Of a stretch of 64,000 nt of DNA, positions 49,653-59,345 are shown in pieces (position 1 is the first letter of the stretch; the number at the start of each line of letters is the position of its first letter). Source of the stretch: an uncultured delta proteobacterium. GTDB taxonomy: Bacteria; Desulfobacterota; Desulfobacteria; Desulfobacterales; JAFDCJ01. The DNA is taken from NCBI GenBank assembly GCA_963769935.1, contig CAVYNY010000013.1:384001-448000 (forward strand), read 5' to 3'. The notes beneath the pieces were generated by a model. It saw nothing but the letters and a program-made list of their open reading frames with translations. It did not search any database and was not told the origin of the DNA. A program made the position numbers and the translations under genes.

Positions 49653-49700
49653 ATATACCGACCGGTCTTTTTATTTATAAGCTTAGTTTGCTCTTGTCAA
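49653..49700 (-). promoter_or_regulatory. tetR promoter with adjacent putative operator
   Basis: Minus strand TTGACA-17-TAAATA followed by GACCGGTCGGTATAT. Confidence 0.55.
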
Positions 49701-49798
49701 TATAATTTTTGAATTCAATTAGGATTGCAAAAGATCATGGTAGATTTCAATGGATAGGTAAAACAACAGCAGCAGCCTTGACAATTAAAAAATTGTTG

Positions 49799-49815
49799 AC
49801 TAAACTTAGTTTAGT
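49799..49815. promoter_or_regulatory. Palindrome in the TA promoter (putative autorepression site)
   Basis: ACTAAAC-TTA-GTTTAGT overlapping a TTGACT hexamer. Confidence 0.5.
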
Positions 49816-49832
49816 TTAAAATCGGGGTGTAA

Positions 49833-50063
49833 ATGATGCGTCAAGTAAATATTCACGAAGCAAAAACTCAATTATCCAAACTCATAGCTGATGGAGAGGA
49901 AGTCATCATCGCCAAGTATGGCGAGCCCGTGGCTCGGCTGGTCCCGATAAGGCCTCCCGCTGCCAAAAGAGTCCCGGGCTCTGCTGGCGGACAGTTCAGG
50001 GTTCCTAAGGAATTTTTTGATCCTCTACCAGAGGAAATACTTAACGCCTTCGAACCTGAGTAA
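49833..50063 (+). CDS. vapB: Phd/YefM-family antitoxin
   Basis: VNIHEAKTQLSKL...GEEVII...PVARLVP...FFDPLP. Confidence 0.92.
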   Translation: MMRQVNIHEAKTQLSKLIADGEEVIIAKYGEPVARLVPIRPPAAKRVPGSAGGQFRVPKEFFDPLPEEILNAFEPE

Positions 50064-50075
50064 TAAATCCGGAAA

Positions 50076-50462
50076 ATGAAACTTCTGTTGGATACACATA
50101 CATTTCTCTGGTGGATTACGGATGATCCTCAATTGTCGGTTCCAGCGCTCGAACTCATAGGTGATAGGCATAATAGTTTGTACTGGAGTGCGGCGAGTTC
50201 ATGGGAAGTTGCGATCAAATATGCCTTGGGACGACTGCCACTGCCTGATGCTCCGGCAATATTTCTGCCGGCTGAACTCGGCAAGAACCGTATCGAACCT
50301 CTCCCTATAGTTGATGAGCACGCCTACCAGGCCGGTTTGCTGCCCCGACATCATCGAGATCCTTTCGACCGCATGTTAGTCGCCCAGGCACAGGTTGAGG
50401 CTTTAGGGCTGATATCGAATGACCCAAAAGTTCGTCTTTATGATGTCGACATCTACTGGTAG
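50076..50462 (+). CDS. vapC: PIN-domain toxin
   Basis: LLLDTH, SSWEVAIK, HRDPFDRMLVAQA. Confidence 0.94.
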   Translation: MKLLLDTHTFLWWITDDPQLSVPALELIGDRHNSLYWSAASSWEVAIKYALGRLPLPDAPAIFLPAELGKNRIEPLPIVDEHAYQAGLLPRHHRDPFDRMLVAQAQVEALGLISNDPKVRLYDVDIYW

Positions 50463-50558
50463 CATCGTAACCGGTTTGCGGATAAAATATTGGTTGATGG
50501 GATTAAATGACGATCCAATTTATTTCGAATTCTTTGCTGGCAAAAAGGAGTAGTCCAA

Positions 50559-51677
50559 ATGAAAGGCAAACCCGTCATACCGCCGGTGCATCTGACCGCG
50601 ACGTTCAAATTCGACAAATCCGATGACCTGATCGATGTGGTGCAAAACCGCAGCGGCTACCTGTATTCCAGGTGGGACAATCCTTCGGTGGTTGAAGTCG
50701 AAAATGTGTTGGCCGCCATGGAGGGCTACGATAAAGCCCTGGGATTCGGTTCAGGCATGGCGGCTATTACAACCGCAATATTCGCTCATCTCCAAGCCGA
50801 AAGCCGCATCATCGCCACACGGGAAATATACGGCGGCACCTTTGAACTGCTGGATAATATTTTGCCGAAATTCAATATTGATGCGGTATTTGTTAACAGC
50901 TGGGAGACCCGGCAGATGCTGGATGAAATTGAAAGAGGCGTTTCCATTCTGTACCTGGAAAGTCCCACGAATCCCCTGTTGAGGGTGGTGGATATCAAAC
51001 CGCTGGCCGAGGCGGCCCATAAAAAAGGTGCGGTCGTGATGCTGGATGCCACATTTGCTTCTCCGGTCAACCTACATCCTGCTGACCTTGGAGTGGACAT
51101 TGTTATCCACAGCGCGACCAAGTATCTGGGCGGGCACCATGACATTACCGCCGGTTTTGTCTGCTGCAACCAGCGCCACTTTGATCAGGTCTGGACCTAT
51201 CGCAAGATTATGGGCGGCATCATGGATCCCATGAGCGCTTTTTTAGCCTTAAGGGGGATAAAAACTTTAGAACTGCGTGTTGGACGGCAGAACGAAAGCG
51301 CCATAAAGATAGCCGCTTATCTCGATGAACACCCAAAAATCAAATCCGTTTACTACCCGGGCTTACCCTCCCATCCCGATCATGCGATCGCCCGCAGGCA
51401 AATGAGTGGATTCGGTGGCATGCTTAGTTTTGAAATCAACGGCGATTTTGATATTACCAAGCAATTCATGGATGCGCTTAAACTGATCAAACTGGCAACC
51501 AGCCTTGGCGGAGTATCCAGTCTCGCCAATCAACCCATTACCAATACCCATGCCGCCCTGAGTCCGGAAAACCGCGCCAAAGCCGGCATCAGTGAAAGCC
51601 TGGTGCGGCTGTCGGTCGGCGTTGAAAATGTGGATCTGTTGATGGAGGATCTGGGACAGGCGCTGGAAAGGGTTTAG
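50559..51677 (+). CDS. Cys/Met metabolism PLP enzyme (cystathionine gamma-synthase/lyase family)
   Basis: YSRWDNP, SGMAAI, ESPTNP, HSATKYLGGH, SLGG, RLSVGVE. Confidence 0.93.
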   Translation: MKGKPVIPPVHLTATFKFDKSDDLIDVVQNRSGYLYSRWDNPSVVEVENVLAAMEGYDKALGFGSGMAAITTAIFAHLQAESRIIATREIYGGTFELLDNILPKFNIDAVFVNSWETRQMLDEIERGVSILYLESPTNPLLRVVDIKPLAEAAHKKGAVVMLDATFASPVNLHPADLGVDIVIHSATKYLGGHHDITAGFVCCNQRHFDQVWTYRKIMGGIMDPMSAFLALRGIKTLELRVGRQNESAIKIAAYLDEHPKIKSVYYPGLPSHPDHAIARRQMSGFGGMLSFEINGDFDITKQFMDALKLIKLATSLGGVSSLANQPITNTHAALSPENRAKAGISESLVRLSVGVENVDLLMEDLGQALERV

Positions 51678-51813
51678 GGTTCAGTTTGTTTTTCTTCTCC
51701 TGCGTTGTTGACATCTACTCAGTTCGTTACTAAGTTCTTGAAAGTTCAGCTGATTCCGAACCAATTCCCATTGAGATAAATTCCTTTTCCAAATTGCAAA
51801 GGGGGATAACGCC

Positions 51814-52647
51814 GTGAAGAAGTGGATATTGATCGGCTTGAGTGCCATTGTCGTCATCCTGATAGTGGTCGTGGTTGTGGGCCTCTCAAAGCTCGGTCCA
51901 ATTGTCAAATTGGCAGTCAATACATATGGACCCCAAATTACAGGCACTGAGCTCAAGGTGGGTGATGTAGGTATTTCTTTGTTTTCGGGGGAAGCCAAGC
52001 TCAAAAATTTTTTTCTAGGCAATCCGAAAGGCTTCAAATCCCCGAGCGCCATGAAAATCGGCTCGATCGATGTGGAGGTGGATAAGGGTTCACTGACAAA
52101 AGACCCGATTGTTATCCAAAAAATCGAAGTGATCGGACCGGAGATCACATACGAGAAAAGGGGCAAAACAGATAATTTCCAGGCCCTTTTAGCCAACGTG
52201 CAAAAAGAATTGTCTCGGGGAGAATCAGCCAAAAAGGAGCCCGGAAAGGAAGGGCCTGGAAAACAGCTGATTATCAACGATCTGATTATAAAACAAGGCA
52301 AGGTTCATCTGGCCGTGGAAATGCCCGGCGGCATGTTGAGCGACAAGCAAATCAGCGCCGATCTTCCCGATATTCATCTCAAAGACATCGGCAAGGACAA
52401 AGGCGGTTCTTCTCCGGCAGAAGTAGCAAAGGAGATTTTTCAAACGCTGTATGCCAAAATTACAGCGCCGAATGTGATGGGGGCTTTAGATGATCAGCTC
52501 AAAAAACTGGGAGGCACTGTCACGCAGGCGGCTGGCGGGGTTGTTCAAGAGGGCCTCAAAGGGGCGACCGATGTTGTTAAGGGCGCCGGCAAAGAATCGG
52601 GCGGCGTAACTGACAAGGTCAAAGGTTTGTTCAACAAAAAGGAATAA
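51814..52647 (+). CDS. AsmA-like membrane-anchored protein
   Basis: N-terminal anchor, LGNPKGF, EITYE...NFQAL, LPDIHLKDIG. Confidence 0.75.
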   Translation: MKKWILIGLSAIVVILIVVVVVGLSKLGPIVKLAVNTYGPQITGTELKVGDVGISLFSGEAKLKNFFLGNPKGFKSPSAMKIGSIDVEVDKGSLTKDPIVIQKIEVIGPEITYEKRGKTDNFQALLANVQKELSRGESAKKEPGKEGPGKQLIINDLIIKQGKVHLAVEMPGGMLSDKQISADLPDIHLKDIGKDKGGSSPAEVAKEIFQTLYAKITAPNVMGALDDQLKKLGGTVTQAAGGVVQEGLKGATDVVKGAGKESGGVTDKVKGLFNKKE

Positions 52648-52724
52648 AAACGCGAAAGTCCAATTTTCCCAGAATGGGAGTTCATATCATTTTATTCTGT
52701 CAAATCAAAGGCGAGGCGGGTCGT

Positions 52725-53444
52725 CTAATCTTCCCGCGCCGGAAACAGCAGATACCTCAGCCAGTGTATAAATGAATTCTCGCGCAAAAGCGCTTTGTCC
52801 GTCTGATCGAGCCCCCGAAACAGCCGGTCCGGTTCTGCAAAAAAGTGGGCCCGGGTTGTAAAGGATTCATTGGCATCCAGCTGCTTCACAATCCTGGCTG
52901 GATTGCCGGCCGCGACACAGTTGGCCGGGATGCTGTCCACCACCACGGCCCCGGCCCCGACGATACTGTTTTCACCAATGGTGACCCCCTTGCAGACGAT
53001 AGCGCTGTCACCAACCCAGACATTGCTTTCAATCTTTATGGGTGCGGTTTTCCCAAGGGATATGCGATTGTAAATATCATGCCAATCCGAGTCGGTAATG
53101 TATACATTGCTGGCGAGCATGCAATTATCACCAATTAGGATTTCGTGGGCTGAACCGATCCTCACCCCCGGGCAAATCAGGCAGTAATTCCCGATTCGAA
53201 TACACCCCTTGCCCGGTTGCTCCGACCAGATTGCCAGCCTGACCATTTTATCGGATGCGGCCACCACATTGACGTAATCTCCCAGTTCGATGGGCGCACC
53301 AAAAATTTCCACATGCCAGGGGCGCATAAACATAAAGCCTGCGCCTAAAGATTCCAGCTGGGGACGCAGAAAGTGGTTAACGTAGAATTCCTGAAACTTC
53401 AGGTAGGCTTTCTTGATAAAGTATGGGCGGTGGTCTCTGCGCAA
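52725..53444 (-). CDS. Hexapeptide-repeat (left-handed beta-helix) acyltransferase
   Basis: IGNYCLI, IGDNCML, DSDWH, KGVTIGENSIVGAGAVV, GNPAR. Confidence 0.9.
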   Translation of the reverse strand: MRRDHRPYFIKKAYLKFQEFYVNHFLRPQLESLGAGFMFMRPWHVEIFGAPIELGDYVNVVAASDKMVRLAIWSEQPGKGCIRIGNYCLICPGVRIGSAHEILIGDNCMLASNVYITDSDWHDIYNRISLGKTAPIKIESNVWVGDSAIVCKGVTIGENSIVGAGAVVVDSIPANCVAAGNPARIVKQLDANESFTTRAHFFAEPDRLFRGLDQTDKALLRENSFIHWLRYLLFPARED

Positions 53445-53505
53445 AAAAAGTCCTCATCGAGTGCAGACCGTCGATGGTTGTGGATAGTGCTCAATGGATA
53501 CTAAT

Positions 53506-54546
53506 TTAATACCCAAAGCCCTTCCAGAATTCATGGCTGAACAGTTGCGCGGCCGGTGTCAGGTTATTAAGGGCATCAACTGCCATGAGAGCCACGGCGT
53601 TGGTCCAGGTAATTTTATCCTCGGGCCATATAATAATGTCGGGACAGGTAAAGCCGCACCAGTATGAGCCGTCCTCATACTTTCGGTCCGCAATCCAGCT
53701 GAATACGATTTGGGCCAGCTTGAAATTTCCCATGGCCGCCAAGGCAATAACCAGCTCCGACGTTTCGGCAATGGTCACCCACGGCTCATCGGAAACGCAC
53801 AGGACGCCACGCTCTTCGATGACATATTTTTTCCAGTACTTATCGATCCGCTTCTGGGCATCACCGCCGGTCAATACCCCGGCCAGAATCGGATAAAACC
53901 AGTACATTGAAAAGCGGGACTTGGTCATGTTAAACAGATGGGGCTTATGCCGGATGGCATCTCCCAGTTTAACCAGGGCCTGCTGCCATCCGGCAGCGGT
54001 GCGGCCCAGTATTTTCGCCAGGGAGAGAGCACATTTCAAACTCATATAAATGGAGCTTGAACCGGTCAAAAGCGCCGTGGGATCCACTTTGCCCTCCGGG
54101 CTGATCGCCCAGTGGATTTCACCATTGGGGGTTTGAAGACCGACGGCAAAATCGATGGCCGCGGCGACGGTGGGCCACATTGCTTTTACGAAAGAAACAT
54201 CCGCCGTAATAAGATAGTAGTGAAGCACCCCTACCGCGATGTACGAGGACAGGTTGGCGTCCCTGGTTTTGTCCTGGGGCCGTCCCTGCAGGTAAGCCGA
54301 ATACCAGCTTCCGTCTTCATGCTGCTTGCGGGCCAACCAATCATAGGCGCGCTGCGCCTGGGTCAGGTAGCCGCCGATACTGAGTCCCATGGCGGCTTCA
54401 ATGTGATCCCAGGGATCTGTTTTCTGGCCCTCGCACCATGGTATCTCGCCTGTTGTCAACTGGGTTTTTGCAATCAGGCTGCAAACTGCATCAATATCGA
54501 TTTGATAATCTGCCGCCGGTCTACTGATCGAAGTCTCAGGTTTCAT
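53506..54546 (-). CDS. Alpha/alpha-toroid prenyltransferase/squalene-cyclase-like protein
   Basis: QW-like repeats (KQHEDGSW, LQTPNGEIHW, EDGSYW) and DPWDHIEAAM. Confidence 0.75.
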   Translation of the reverse strand: MKPETSISRPAADYQIDIDAVCSLIAKTQLTTGEIPWCEGQKTDPWDHIEAAMGLSIGGYLTQAQRAYDWLARKQHEDGSWYSAYLQGRPQDKTRDANLSSYIAVGVLHYYLITADVSFVKAMWPTVAAAIDFAVGLQTPNGEIHWAISPEGKVDPTALLTGSSSIYMSLKCALSLAKILGRTAAGWQQALVKLGDAIRHKPHLFNMTKSRFSMYWFYPILAGVLTGGDAQKRIDKYWKKYVIEERGVLCVSDEPWVTIAETSELVIALAAMGNFKLAQIVFSWIADRKYEDGSYWCGFTCPDIIIWPEDKITWTNAVALMAVDALNNLTPAAQLFSHEFWKGFGY

Positions 54547-54661
54547 CCAACCCCACCTTTCATTTCTGTAAGCCGGATTTATTACAAAGGATCAGGATTA
54601 TAATCAAGAACTAAATGAGCGGCTCAAAGGTAAAGGTTTGCATTTGGTTAGAAAAAAAATT

Positions 54662-54760
54662 CTCGCAAAGCCGCGAAGGTAAATTGTTAAAATAATCCCG
54701 GCGTCTTTGCGTCTGGGCAAGTCCACCCGGGCGGATCGATACCGGCTTGTCCGGGTTGAG
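54662..54760. repeat. CGCAAAG-type inverted repeat plus CCGGCTTGTCCGGGTTGAG motif
   Basis: Same end motif as at 7140, 20248 and 29804. Confidence 0.6.
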
Positions 54761-55316
54761 GATTTCGCCGGCGCAATTTTGCACCTTGACTTTGCCGACT
54801 TCTCTGTTTAATTTACCTCATACGCCCAAAAACATTTGAACACTTCAGACTGCGATTTGAAACTGCGCTAAAACCTGTTGCGGATAATTCTACCGGATCT
54901 TCACCGGATCAACTGATATTGGGCATTCATCTCTCCTGAGTGCAGGCCATGCAATTTTATCAATTATATATTTTGGCACTTATCCATTTCGATAACCCCT
55001 AACCCGAATCCGTCCCCAACGGACGCGTATCGGCGCCGAACTGCCTGGATATAGTTAACCGGCAGTGTTCATCTTTGCGAACTCCGCGGCCGGGTGATGG
55101 CCAAAATTTGCGTAGCCAACGATGAAAACGAGCAGTCTAAAAGAGCCGTCGCCGAGCCTCCGGCGGTAATGTTGGTGCCATTCAGGAGGCTTTTTGGAGA
55201 TAGTCGATCCACCTGTGACGTAAAAGTGGCAGCGTCGGTAAATCAACAACCGGCCGCTGCCGGGATTGGAACCAGAATTGTGTACCCTTTGTGAGGACAC
55301 AAGAAAGGAGGAAAAA

Positions 55317-55529
55317 ATGACTGACAGTGTATACAAAGTGATTCAACTAGTGGGCAGCAGCCCAAATTCCTGGGAAGAGGCTGCCAGGAATGCCGTAGAA
55401 AGAGCCGGCCAAACCCTCAGAGATCTGCGTGTGGCAGAGATTAACAAACTTGATATGAAGGTTGAAAACGGCAAGATTACCGCATTTCGCGCCAGGGTGA
55501 ACCTCTCATTTAAATACGGCGGCGAATAG
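55317..55529 (+). CDS. Dodecin-family protein
   Basis: VYKVIQLVGSSPNSWEEAA...TLRDLR...LSFKY; AGGAGG RBS. Confidence 0.92.
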   Translation: MTDSVYKVIQLVGSSPNSWEEAARNAVERAGQTLRDLRVAEINKLDMKVENGKITAFRARVNLSFKYGGE

Positions 55530-55668
55530 ACCGCCAATGGTGTCACCCGGCTAAAAAACCGAGGATACCCCGGACCCCGGACATCAAAAATAATGTCTTA
55601 TCCAAACACCGACCGCAGCCGGCGGAAAAACCCCGGAGATGGGGTATCCCTGATTAAGGAGTTTACAA

Positions 55669-56130
55669 ATGCAGGTTGTAGCAAGACTCAAAGAGATGGG
55701 CGTCAAACTCCCGCAGGCGGTAAAACCGGTGGCCAACTACGTTCCGGCTGTTCGCAGCGGCAATCTGGTATTTCTATCCGGTCATGGTCCTTTCGATGAA
55801 GATGGTTCCTTGATCACCGGCAAGCTCGGTTCGGAATTGACAACGGAACAGGGTTATGAGGCCGCTCGGCGGGTCGCCATCGGGCTGCTGGGTTCATTGA
55901 AAGCCGAGATCGGTGATCTGGAAAGCGTTAAACGGGTGGTGAAACTGCTGGGACTTGTCAACTGCACGTCGGATTTTACCGATCAGCCCAAGGTCATCAA
56001 CGGCGCTTCCGATTTTTTAGTCGAGGTATTCGGCGCCAGGGGCAAGCATGCGCGCTCCGCCGTGGGGACAAATGCACTGCCGATGAACATAGCCGTTGAA
56101 ATTGAGATGATCGTCGAGATAGCGGGTTAA
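55669..56130 (+). CDS. RidA/YjgF-family protein
   Basis: ANYVP, LSGHGP, PKVINGASD, HARSAVG, VEIE. Confidence 0.92.
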   Translation: MQVVARLKEMGVKLPQAVKPVANYVPAVRSGNLVFLSGHGPFDEDGSLITGKLGSELTTEQGYEAARRVAIGLLGSLKAEIGDLESVKRVVKLLGLVNCTSDFTDQPKVINGASDFLVEVFGARGKHARSAVGTNALPMNIAVEIEMIVEIAG

Positions 56131-56138
56131 GGGCTCAC

Positions 56139-56723
56139 TCAAAATCGATACTTGACGCCGACAGCCAGCGTGTTGGAACCGCCCCGGCCCCGCTCCTCGA
56201 CCAGGCCGAAAGCCCCGGAGCGATGGTGGATACGCAGCGAGGCCGCCCAACTGCTCTTGGGAGGGCCGAGGGTCAGTTCGCCAAACCAGTAAACCATAAA
56301 CTTCTTGGTTGAATTGTTCAGTTCGATTTCTTCCTCCGGTTCCGAGGCGGCATAAGACGGTCCGACACCGTAAGCGAGGCTGGTTGCCACATAATTTTCC
56401 CAGGGAAATCTGCTCCAGCGAATAGCTGCCGGAAGATTGAATTCCCAATTATGCTGGTCGCCGAACCATTTCCCCACCTGTCCCTCGATCTCGAAGGACA
56501 GCGCATCTCCATAAAAGCGTGCAAACGTCCAGGCAAGGGCGCCGACCACAACATAGGCATCGACAAAATCGGCCTGTCCGGTGAGGGTATCGCCGAAGTC
56601 ACTGTCGGTCATGCGTCCGGTATAAAGGGTAAGCGCAAAGTCCTGCCCCGCCAGGGATTCGTCGGCCACCGCCCATGAAGCGGCGACAAGCATAAAAACT
56701 GCAACAACACAATATTTGACCAC
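56139..56723 (-). CDS. Small outer-membrane beta-barrel protein (PagL-like)
   Basis: Signal peptide, amphipathic strands, RIHHRSG (H-x-S), C-terminal KYRF. Confidence 0.7.
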   Translation of the reverse strand: MVKYCVVAVFMLVAASWAVADESLAGQDFALTLYTGRMTDSDFGDTLTGQADFVDAYVVVGALAWTFARFYGDALSFEIEGQVGKWFGDQHNWEFNLPAAIRWSRFPWENYVATSLAYGVGPSYAASEPEEEIELNNSTKKFMVYWFGELTLGPPKSSWAASLRIHHRSGAFGLVEERGRGGSNTLAVGVKYRF

Positions 56724-56827
56724 ACCTTCACCCGCCTAAGTCAATTCCTGCTATAAAAAATTATGATTCTATGAACCTAAAAAAGGTAATCTTTGTGGGA
56801 ATATTCTAATTTCAATTTACTTCGGCG

Positions 56828-56906
56828 TGCTGGAGTACTGGAGTATTGGAGTAATGCTGAAGGTTTGATATCCTCCTTTTCAATACTCCAAAACTCCATC
56901 ACTCCA
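56828..56906. repeat. Inverted octamer arrays
   Basis: Three TGGAGTAN units facing three NTACTCCA-like units. Confidence 0.75.
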
Positions 56907-57468
56907 AGATCGAGACTTTCAAAACATTCTGATAAGATTCGATTACCTTATTATTGTTCATATTTCCGAAAAATTATTTGCCACCCTGTTTTCAAAGACA
57001 GCGCCGAGCATCTGGGGACCATGGCAGGGGCACCCTGACGGCATAAAGTGGGTAATATATCATAATGTCACGGAGTTTCAAACAAATTTCCCGCAAATGA
57101 ATTCAGGCTGTCTGAATACCATCCGGTCGTTCACTTTTGTAAATCTGGGGCTGCACCGCATGCATCGTCTCCCCAAATACTGTGTTTTATTACTCAAAAT
57201 GGATACTTTCCCCCATTGAATATGTTTTAAAGATATGTGATTAAATGCAGTCACTACCCAGTGGCAGCTCCCACTTGTGAAGTTCCAGCCGGAGTTCATG
57301 CAGAGTGGCTCAACTCTTTTTCTGATCCCTTTGGAAATATAACCCGTTTAACATATCTGTTTATCGTTTTGAGGTCGATAACTTCACCTGCAAAAAGACG
57401 GATGCAGAATAATGTGTTCGGACGTTTGCCCCTGAAACCAATCACCAAGCGCAAAGGAGGTTTGAATC

Positions 57469-59223
57469 ATGAAAGTCGCATTAATCGGTGCCGAGCTGGA
57501 GGAAAACATCGGCCTGCGTTACATGGCTTCCGCCCTGGAACGAAACGGCCATGAGGCCCTGATAATTCCTTTTAATTTCGACCGGGATAGACCCCAAACC
57601 GTTGAGAAGACTCTTGCGTTCGAACCGCATATCGTCGGATTGTCCATGGTTTTTACAAGCCGCGCACGGGAATTTTGTAAATTGGCAAACTCCCTGCGGG
57701 ATAAAGGCTGCCGGGGGCATATCATCGCGGGAGGGCATTTTGCATGTCTCAATGCCGGCCAACTTCTGCGGGACTTCACGGCGTTTGATTCCATCGCACT
57801 GGGCGAAGGCGAAGATATCATTTGTGCTTTAGCTGAAAACCTGAACGATCCGGGAAAAGTGCCGGGTATTTGTTTGCGCGGCCGCGACGGATCTTTGAAA
57901 ATAAATCCTTCGAAAGGCAATCCGGGCGACCTCGACGCATTGCCGTTTCCCAAGCGGACAACCTTTCACGATTATTTCGGCAAACCGATTGCGAGCATTC
58001 TAAGCAGCCGGGGCTGCTGGCGGGACTGCGCCTTCTGCAGCATCAATGCCTGGTACAAGCAGGGCGGTGGAAAAAAATTCAGAGTTCGAAGTGTGGCAAA
58101 CATCGTTGCCGAAATGAAGGAACTGTACTTTCAGCATGGTATCCGCATCTTTAACATGCAGGACGATAATTTCTTTCTACCCAACAAGACCCGGGCGCTG
58201 CGGCGCTTTGAAGACTTGCGTTCCGCGCTGCAGCGCGAAGGCGTGGAAGGCATTGCCATAGCGGTGAAAGCCCGACCCGACAGCATCACCTACGACGCGA
58301 TAAAGGTGCTGGATGATCTCGGATTGTTCCGCGTGTTTTTAGGCGTCGAGAATGCTTCCGAGCGCGCCTTAAAAAATCTCAACCGCAAATGCCGGGTCAA
58401 AGACATTCTGGAATCCTTGAAGATTCTCAACGATTTTGATGTGCATATCGCCTACAATCTTCTCCTGTTTGAACTGGATACCAACCTGGAAGATATACTG
58501 ATTAATTTACGGTTCATCGAACGGCACATCGACAATCCCTTCAACTTTTGCCGGGCCGAAGCGTATGCCGGAACCGGGCTGGAGCAAAAACTGCTGGCGC
58601 AGGGACGGCTGCTCGGCGATTACTTCGGCATCGATTATCGTTTAAAAGATCCCCGGGCGGAAGCCTTTCATCAAATCGCCAATTATGCCTTTTTCGACCG
58701 CAACTTCAGCGACAGCGGACTGCACTATTTTAATATGCAGGTCGACTTCTACTTTCAGCTCCTGAGACGCTTCCATCCTGAATTGCTTACCCAGGGTCTG
58801 CGTGGAACCGTACGCAACTTCATCAAGTACACAAATCTGGATACCTACGAGTGCCTGTGCCAAATATATGATTTCGCAGTAGCGGCCGATCCCGATGATC
58901 GGAGGCGCGTTCAGGAATTTTCACAGGATCTGCGCCAACGCGTAGACAGCCGAAGTTATGAGCTCCGCCTGCAGGGCGAACGCCTTTTAGAAAGATTGGA
59001 GGCCGTTTACCGTGATCGTGACAAAACCGACAAGCCGGCTGCATCTTCCTTCTCGCAGGTCGATCTTCCGCTTCTGCAGGGTCGTCCCGAACCTTATGCC
59101 GGTTTGGACGCTCTGACGCAATCGTCGAATACGGCGATGATGAGCGATATGGATTTATTTGGACTCGCTCCGCAACCCGTTCCCTATGATGTGTTTAAGC
59201 GTCAACTGTCTTCACACAGGTGA
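57469..59223 (+). CDS. Cobalamin-binding radical SAM protein (class B methyltransferase-like)
   Basis: N-terminal B12 domain (NIGLRYMASAL, VGLS, AGGHFA, GEGE), SRGCWRDCAFC, DDNF, LGVE; AGGAGG RBS. Confidence 0.93.
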   Translation: MKVALIGAELEENIGLRYMASALERNGHEALIIPFNFDRDRPQTVEKTLAFEPHIVGLSMVFTSRAREFCKLANSLRDKGCRGHIIAGGHFACLNAGQLLRDFTAFDSIALGEGEDIICALAENLNDPGKVPGICLRGRDGSLKINPSKGNPGDLDALPFPKRTTFHDYFGKPIASILSSRGCWRDCAFCSINAWYKQGGGKKFRVRSVANIVAEMKELYFQHGIRIFNMQDDNFFLPNKTRALRRFEDLRSALQREGVEGIAIAVKARPDSITYDAIKVLDDLGLFRVFLGVENASERALKNLNRKCRVKDILESLKILNDFDVHIAYNLLLFELDTNLEDILINLRFIERHIDNPFNFCRAEAYAGTGLEQKLLAQGRLLGDYFGIDYRLKDPRAEAFHQIANYAFFDRNFSDSGLHYFNMQVDFYFQLLRRFHPELLTQGLRGTVRNFIKYTNLDTYECLCQIYDFAVAADPDDRRRVQEFSQDLRQRVDSRSYELRLQGERLLERLEAVYRDRDKTDKPAASSFSQVDLPLLQGRPEPYAGLDALTQSSNTAMMSDMDLFGLAPQPVPYDVFKRQLSSHR

Positions 59224-59345
59224 TTGGAAATTTTGAGGTGGCTTCATCCGATCCGGTTCATCCATACGAACGAACAACCGGATAGTCTGTTCGCAATATT
59301 CATGTTCAATAAAAGTTTAACCTTATCAACAAAGGAGGCGTCAAG

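Noticed and set aside
49833..50462. vapBC as part of a defence island or prophage
   Set aside because: It is an isolated TA pair with no integrase, phage or other defence genes nearby.
55055..55336. Short ORFs upstream of dodecin (55055-55336 minus, 55094-55294 plus)
   Set aside because: No recognisable motif or convincing RBS; they overlap each other, and the minus ORF overlaps the dodecin start.
56828..56906. Short repeat arrays as CRISPR
   Set aside because: Units are 7-8 bp, degenerate and inverted, with no unique spacers and no cas genes.
57040..57468. Cobalamin riboswitch or short precursor peptide upstream of the radical SAM gene
   Set aside because: No B12-box features seen, and the small ORFs lack an RBS or any notable motif.
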